64,000 bases of DNA, from assembly GCA_963746505.1 (NCBI GenBank), contig CAVVBN010000014.1, positions 72,823 to 136,822 on the forward strand, given 5' to 3'. The notes below the pieces were generated by a model that did not search any database, was not told where the DNA came from, and saw only the letters and a list, made by a program, of their open reading frames with translations. The position numbers and the translations under genes were made by a program. The DNA comes from an uncultured delta proteobacterium. Lineage in GTDB: Bacteria > Desulfobacterota > Binatia > DP-6. This document shows, piece after piece, positions 59,911-64,000 of the stretch (the first letter of the stretch is position 1; each line of letters opens with the position of its first letter).

Positions 59911-60875
59911 CCGCGAGCTGCACCGCCGCGATGTCGGTCGTGATCGTCACAGCCGACACGTACGAGGCCATCCGCAAGACGATGCGGCACGTGCGCGCGC
60001 AGACTGTGCGCCAGCAGCTCGAGGTGATCATCGTGACGCCGTCGATCTCCGTGCTTGCGATGGACGATCCCGACGTCGCCGACTCGTTCGCGACGTTGCG
60101 GATCGTCGAGGCGGGTTCGATCCGATCGCTGGCCTACGGCAACGCCGTCGGGATCCGTCACGCGACGGCGCCCGTCGTCGCGCTCCTCGAAGACCATTCT
60201 TTTCCCGACCCGCATTGGGCGGAGATCATGATCGAGGGGCACCGGGCCGGCTGGGCCGCGATCGGTCCGGCCATGGGCAATCCCAACCCGCGGAGCGCGA
60301 TCAGCTGGGCAGATTTTCTGCTGGGGTTCGCGACGTGGTGGTTCCCCCGGCCATCGGGTCCGATCGATCACCTGCCGACCCACAATGCCAGCTACAAGCG
60401 CGACGTGCTGCTGCGCTACGGCGACGACCTGGAGACGATGCTCAAGGCGGAGATCGTGCTGCACTGGGACCTGCAGCGGAAGGGACATGCGCTCTACCTC
60501 GACGCACGGGCGCGCGTGTACCACATGAACTTCGAGCGCCTCTCGTCGTTCCTGCAAGTACAGTTCCACGCCGGCCGGGTCTTCGCGACGGTTCGCGCGC
60601 GGCCGTGGCCGGTCTGGCGCCGGGTCGTATACGCCGGCGGCAGCCCGCTGATCCCGCTCGTGCGCCTCCGCTGGGTCCTCGGGCAGGTGCGCGCCCGCGG
60701 CGACGCGCGCGTCGACCAACGGATGCCGCGCGGCGTCCTGCCCGCCGTGGTGATCGGGCTCGTGGCGAGCGCCGTCGGCGAGCTGGCGGGCTACACACTC
60801 GGCCTCGGCAGCGCGAGCGACAAGCTCGCATACTTCGAGTTTCACCGCCTTCGACACGTCGCGCCCCGACCTTGA
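59907..60875 (+). CDS. Glycosyltransferase 2-like (GT-A fold) protein
   Basis: N-terminal MSVVIVTAD... GT-A-like segment. The start (GTG 59907 or ATG 59931) overlaps the GT4 stop. Confidence 0.55.
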   Translation: MTASCTAAMSVVIVTADTYEAIRKTMRHVRAQTVRQQLEVIIVTPSISVLAMDDPDVADSFATLRIVEAGSIRSLAYGNAVGIRHATAPVVALLEDHSFPDPHWAEIMIEGHRAGWAAIGPAMGNPNPRSAISWADFLLGFATWWFPRPSGPIDHLPTHNASYKRDVLLRYGDDLETMLKAEIVLHWDLQRKGHALYLDARARVYHMNFERLSSFLQVQFHAGRVFATVRARPWPVWRRVVYAGGSPLIPLVRLRWVLGQVRARGDARVDQRMPRGVLPAVVIGLVASAVGELAGYTLGLGSASDKLAYFEFHRLRHVAPRP

Positions 60876-60959
60876 GCCGATCCTGCGTCCATGCGCTCGC
60901 CCGGGACACGCCCCAGCACGATTTCGACGTGGGTCGGGCCAACGTATAGACCGGGTCCC

Positions 60960-62270
60960 ATGCCGCCGACGAAGACCACCTACTACCTCATCAGTGATCT
61001 CCACATCGGTGGCGACGGCGGACTTGCCCGCTGCGACTTCGAGAACGACCTCATCAAGTTCCTCCAGGAGATCGCCGAGGGACCGCAGCCCGCCGAGCTC
61101 ATCATCGTCGGCGATGCCTTCGGCTTCTGGGAACTGACCGATCGCGCGGGCGTCTCCAAGCTCGCGACCATCGCGGCGCAGCATCCTGCCCTGTTCCGCC
61201 AGCTCCGCGACACTGGCGAGCAGGTGACGATCACGCTCCTGCCCGGCAACCACGACTACGATCTGGCCTGCGTGCCCGAGTACCAGGCCGAACTCGCCCG
61301 CTACAACGTCCGCCTCGAGCCCGTAGTGCACATCACGCGGGAGATCGCGGGGCACAGGGTCTGGATCGAGCACGGCAACCAGTACGACGACTTCAACCGC
61401 TTCCCCGACTTCGGCAACCGCTTCGGTTTGCCGCTTGGCTACTTCATCACCAGTGGTGTCGTCGCTGCCGCCGGGCGGAGCGCCGAGCGAACGAGGAGCA
61501 AGTGGCTCGACGACGTGGAGTCCGTGTACCCGAACGAGGACATTCCGTTCTGGGTCCTGTCGAATCACTTCTACAAGGACATGACGCCACTGCTGCGCTG
61601 GCTCCTGCTACCGTTCCTGCTGCTGTTCACCGCGAGTGCAGTGGTCTTCGGCCTGCGCGCGCTCGAACGGCTGGGCGGCGTGCACACGGGGCTCTTCGAG
61701 ATCGATCTGCAGCCGGTCCTCGGCTTTCCCGGTCGGATCATCGATCTGGTACAGTTCGTGAACAGCATCGTCATCGTCACGCTGCTGATGCTGGCCTTGC
61801 CGCTGTACTTCGTGGTGCGCGATGCGCGCGCAGCGCTCGTTCGCTATGGTGCCGGCAGGGGCGAGAGCCTGAAGCAGGAGAAAGACGCGCAGTACGTCGC
61901 GGCCGCCAAGCGGATCTTCGCCGCGGACCCGTCAGTCGCCCTGTTCGTCTACGGACACACGCACATTCCGTCGCTCCGCAGCATCGACGGACGTTACGTC
62001 ATCAACACCGGTACCTGGCTCAAGCGGCTCGAGTATGTGCCCGTCCGGGTGGGCCATCTACCGGGAGTCTACGTCCCTTCCTACCAGCTCAACTACTTCG
62101 AGCTCACGGAGGTCGACGGTGGGATGCGTGTGCGGTACCGAATCCTGCCCAAGCTCGCGCCGAACGACCTCACGCTGCTCGAGCGGCTCCTCATCCTGGG
62201 CCGGCGGACGAACCCACTCCCCCCGATCCCGGCAGAGACGCTCGTCGCTCGGGCGACCCACCCCCGCTGA
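60960..62270 (+). CDS. Membrane-anchored metallophosphoesterase (calcineurin-like)
   Basis: DLHIGGDG, GDAFGFWE, GNHDYD, GHTHIP motifs plus a central TM segment. Confidence 0.75.
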   Translation: MPPTKTTYYLISDLHIGGDGGLARCDFENDLIKFLQEIAEGPQPAELIIVGDAFGFWELTDRAGVSKLATIAAQHPALFRQLRDTGEQVTITLLPGNHDYDLACVPEYQAELARYNVRLEPVVHITREIAGHRVWIEHGNQYDDFNRFPDFGNRFGLPLGYFITSGVVAAAGRSAERTRSKWLDDVESVYPNEDIPFWVLSNHFYKDMTPLLRWLLLPFLLLFTASAVVFGLRALERLGGVHTGLFEIDLQPVLGFPGRIIDLVQFVNSIVIVTLLMLALPLYFVVRDARAALVRYGAGRGESLKQEKDAQYVAAAKRIFAADPSVALFVYGHTHIPSLRSIDGRYVINTGTWLKRLEYVPVRVGHLPGVYVPSYQLNYFELTEVDGGMRVRYRILPKLAPNDLTLLERLLILGRRTNPLPPIPAETLVARATHPR

Positions 62271-62291
62271 TGCCCGCGAATCGGGAGCAGC

Positions 62292-62750
62292 TCACCGCCG
62301 CCGCTTGGCGGTCCTGCTGAGCGCCGACTCAGCCTTCACGATCGCCTTCGCGTAGGCACTCGCCCGCCGCTGCGCGGATTTGAGTGCCGCCAGTTCCACC
62401 GCGTTGACAGCCTTCGCCGCCCTGGCCTTGACCAATTTGGCCTTCGTCGTCGCCAGTTCCTTAACGACCGCACGGAGGGCCCTGCGCGTCTCACCGCTCG
62501 GGGCCGACCTGGCGCGCTTCGCCGAGGTCCGCTTCCGCTTGGCGAGGACCGCGCGCTTCCTCGACAGTCGCTTCGCGGCGGCAGCGAGCTTCCTGGCCTC
62601 CCGGCTGCGCGTCGCCACGGCGCGGTCACCGGTGACACACGCCACGCCGAGGGTCGCCAACGCCGTCTCCAGGTTCTTCGTCACGCCAGCGCTCTTCGCG
62701 ATCGCACGCTTCTTCTTCGCCACAACCCCCCCTTTGGTTTCGACGATCAT
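62292..62750 (-). CDS. Histone H1-like Ala/Lys-rich basic protein
   Basis: 152 aa, extremely Ala/Lys/Arg-rich with AKxA repeats. The ATG overlaps the upstream stop (ATGA). Confidence 0.55.
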   Translation of the reverse strand: MIVETKGGVVAKKKRAIAKSAGVTKNLETALATLGVACVTGDRAVATRSREARKLAAAAKRLSRKRAVLAKRKRTSAKRARSAPSGETRRALRAVVKELATTKAKLVKARAAKAVNAVELAALKSAQRRASAYAKAIVKAESALSRTAKRRR

Positions 62751-63724
62751 CCTGACCAGTACGTCCCATACGGGATTCGCGTCTCTTCTGAAAGCTCGCC
62801 CCAGACCGGCGGCCGTGGCGCGCGGAGCCTGTCCCGTACGTTCGAAGCCTCATGCCTGTTGCCCGTTTCGTGGACACTACGGAACTCCGACAGGAGACGC
62901 CGGTTGTCGAGATACCGCCACGGGTGGAAGTCGGGCCTGTGGTAGGCGGCGACGGCGCGCCATCGACCGCGCAGCATCCCGCCGCGCCCGAGGACGAAGC
63001 GCACGAGGCCCCGCCACGCGTAGCGATCCCGCGCCACGCCCACGCTCGCTAGAATACGGTACGAAACGGATGGGAGCGCGAGGGCCAGGAGGACGACGGC
63101 GATCCACAGCCCGACGATGCGGACGACGTAGGTGTAGAGCCCACGGCCACGTGCGGCGTGGAATGCATCGAAGAGCACCCCCTTGTGCTCCACCTCCTCG
63201 TAGCCATGCCACTGGAACAGTCGCGCGATTCGAGGGTCGACCCCTTCGAACAGCTCGGGCCGCGAGAGGATCGCGTTGCCGATCTCGCCGAGGAAGTGCT
63301 CACCGGCCATCGCCACCGCGCTCCGGAGACCGCTCGAGGTCCAGTCGACGACCGCGAGCCACCGCAGGACGAAGTCCGCCGAGGCGTCGACCGGCACTCC
63401 CCACCTGGTGAGCAGCCGGTTGAACGCGGCGTGCATGTTGGCGTGGGCAGCCTCTTGGCGAAGAAAGGCTTCGACCTCGGCACGTTGGGCATCGTTGGCG
63501 ATGCGGAGCAAGAGGCGGCGAGCGTCCTCGATGAAGAAGCTCTCCACCGCCGGCGCCATCGTCGAGAGCGCCTCGAGAAACACCGTGGCGCCGATGCCGA
63601 CCGGGTGCCACGCACGTGGCACCTCGTACTCGAGGCCCTCGAAATCGAAGCGGGGCCGCCGCGGGGTGATCGCAATGCCCACCCCGTAGGTCGAGGTTGG
63701 ATTCAACGTGCGGTCGAGCGGCAA
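62747..63724 (-). CDS. Predicted metal-dependent hydrolase (PF10118-like)
   Basis: RRPRFDFEGL... N-terminal pattern, His-rich conserved motifs (EAAHANMH, WHGYEEVEHKG) and 2 TM helices. TTG start at 63724 is uncertain. Confidence 0.6.
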   Translation of the reverse strand: MPLDRTLNPTSTYGVGIAITPRRPRFDFEGLEYEVPRAWHPVGIGATVFLEALSTMAPAVESFFIEDARRLLLRIANDAQRAEVEAFLRQEAAHANMHAAFNRLLTRWGVPVDASADFVLRWLAVVDWTSSGLRSAVAMAGEHFLGEIGNAILSRPELFEGVDPRIARLFQWHGYEEVEHKGVLFDAFHAARGRGLYTYVVRIVGLWIAVVLLALALPSVSYRILASVGVARDRYAWRGLVRFVLGRGGMLRGRWRAVAAYHRPDFHPWRYLDNRRLLSEFRSVHETGNRHEASNVRDRLRAPRPPVWGELSEETRIPYGTYWSG

Positions 63725-64000
63725 CCACCCCTGGCTATCACGGTCGCGCCTCGCCTACACCTTCGCGCCGCCATCAAGGCGGCTCAGGCGCGCAATTGCT
63801 CGGTCGGCCGCTCGACTGCAGCGGCGCCCCCCCCTCGGGCAGGGGCATCTTCGCGCGGAAGTGGATCCCCGTGCACCACACTGCACCAGCAAAGCTTTCA
63901 CACTGCCAAAACCCCTATTGACATTGACACACACGCGCGCGTAGCGTCGCCGCGGGCCGAACCGCGAAGGGGGCGCGCACTGTGAGGAGATGTCCGATGT

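Noticed and set aside
1-64000. Selenocysteine machinery (selA, selB, selD, selC) near the selenoprotein candidate
   Set aside because: None of these genes or a 95-nt tRNA-Sec could be recognised in this window. They must be sought elsewhere in the genome.
1-64000. CRISPR array, prophage, integron or transposon
   Set aside because: No regularly spaced repeats, no cas genes, and no integrase, recombinase, transposase, capsid or terminase. Aside from the 26-bp pair, the only repeats are short in-gene tandem repeats.

Overview
This is a high-GC (about 70%) bacterial chromosomal window with genes densely packed on both strands and few long intergenic gaps. The gene content points to a Myxococcota / deltaproteobacterial genome, possibly Anaeromyxobacter-like, but that placement is inferred from content only. 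The evidence for it is a eukaryotic-like Ser/Thr kinase, a myxococcus cysteine-rich repeat, Kazal-domain and choice-of-anchor-Q secreted proteins, multihaem c-type cytochromes and a selenoprotein candidate. I can support about 58 protein-coding genes. Housekeeping and metabolic genes include an FtsH protease, a Zn-dependent alcohol dehydrogenase, an amidase, an enoyl-CoA hydratase, two MFS transporters, a GT2/GT4 glycosyltransferase cluster and a FixL/FixJ-like two-component pair. A large share of the genes encode secreted, cysteine-rich or beta-helix proteins, including two duplicated gene pairs. I found no rRNA, no foldable tRNA, no CRISPR array and no integrase, transposase or phage genes. 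The most notable signals are a membrane-anchored TlpA/peroxiredoxin-like redoxin whose catalytic Cys codon is an in-frame TGA followed by a SECIS-like hairpin, and an 11-haem cytochrome c fused to a cytochrome b module sitting opposite a pentahaem cytochrome. Others are a 26-bp perfect direct repeat resembling a tRNA T-arm and 3' acceptor strand that brackets about 23 kb, and several novel secreted protein families. The window also holds an unusual number of genes interrupted by in-frame stops or single-base frameshifts.
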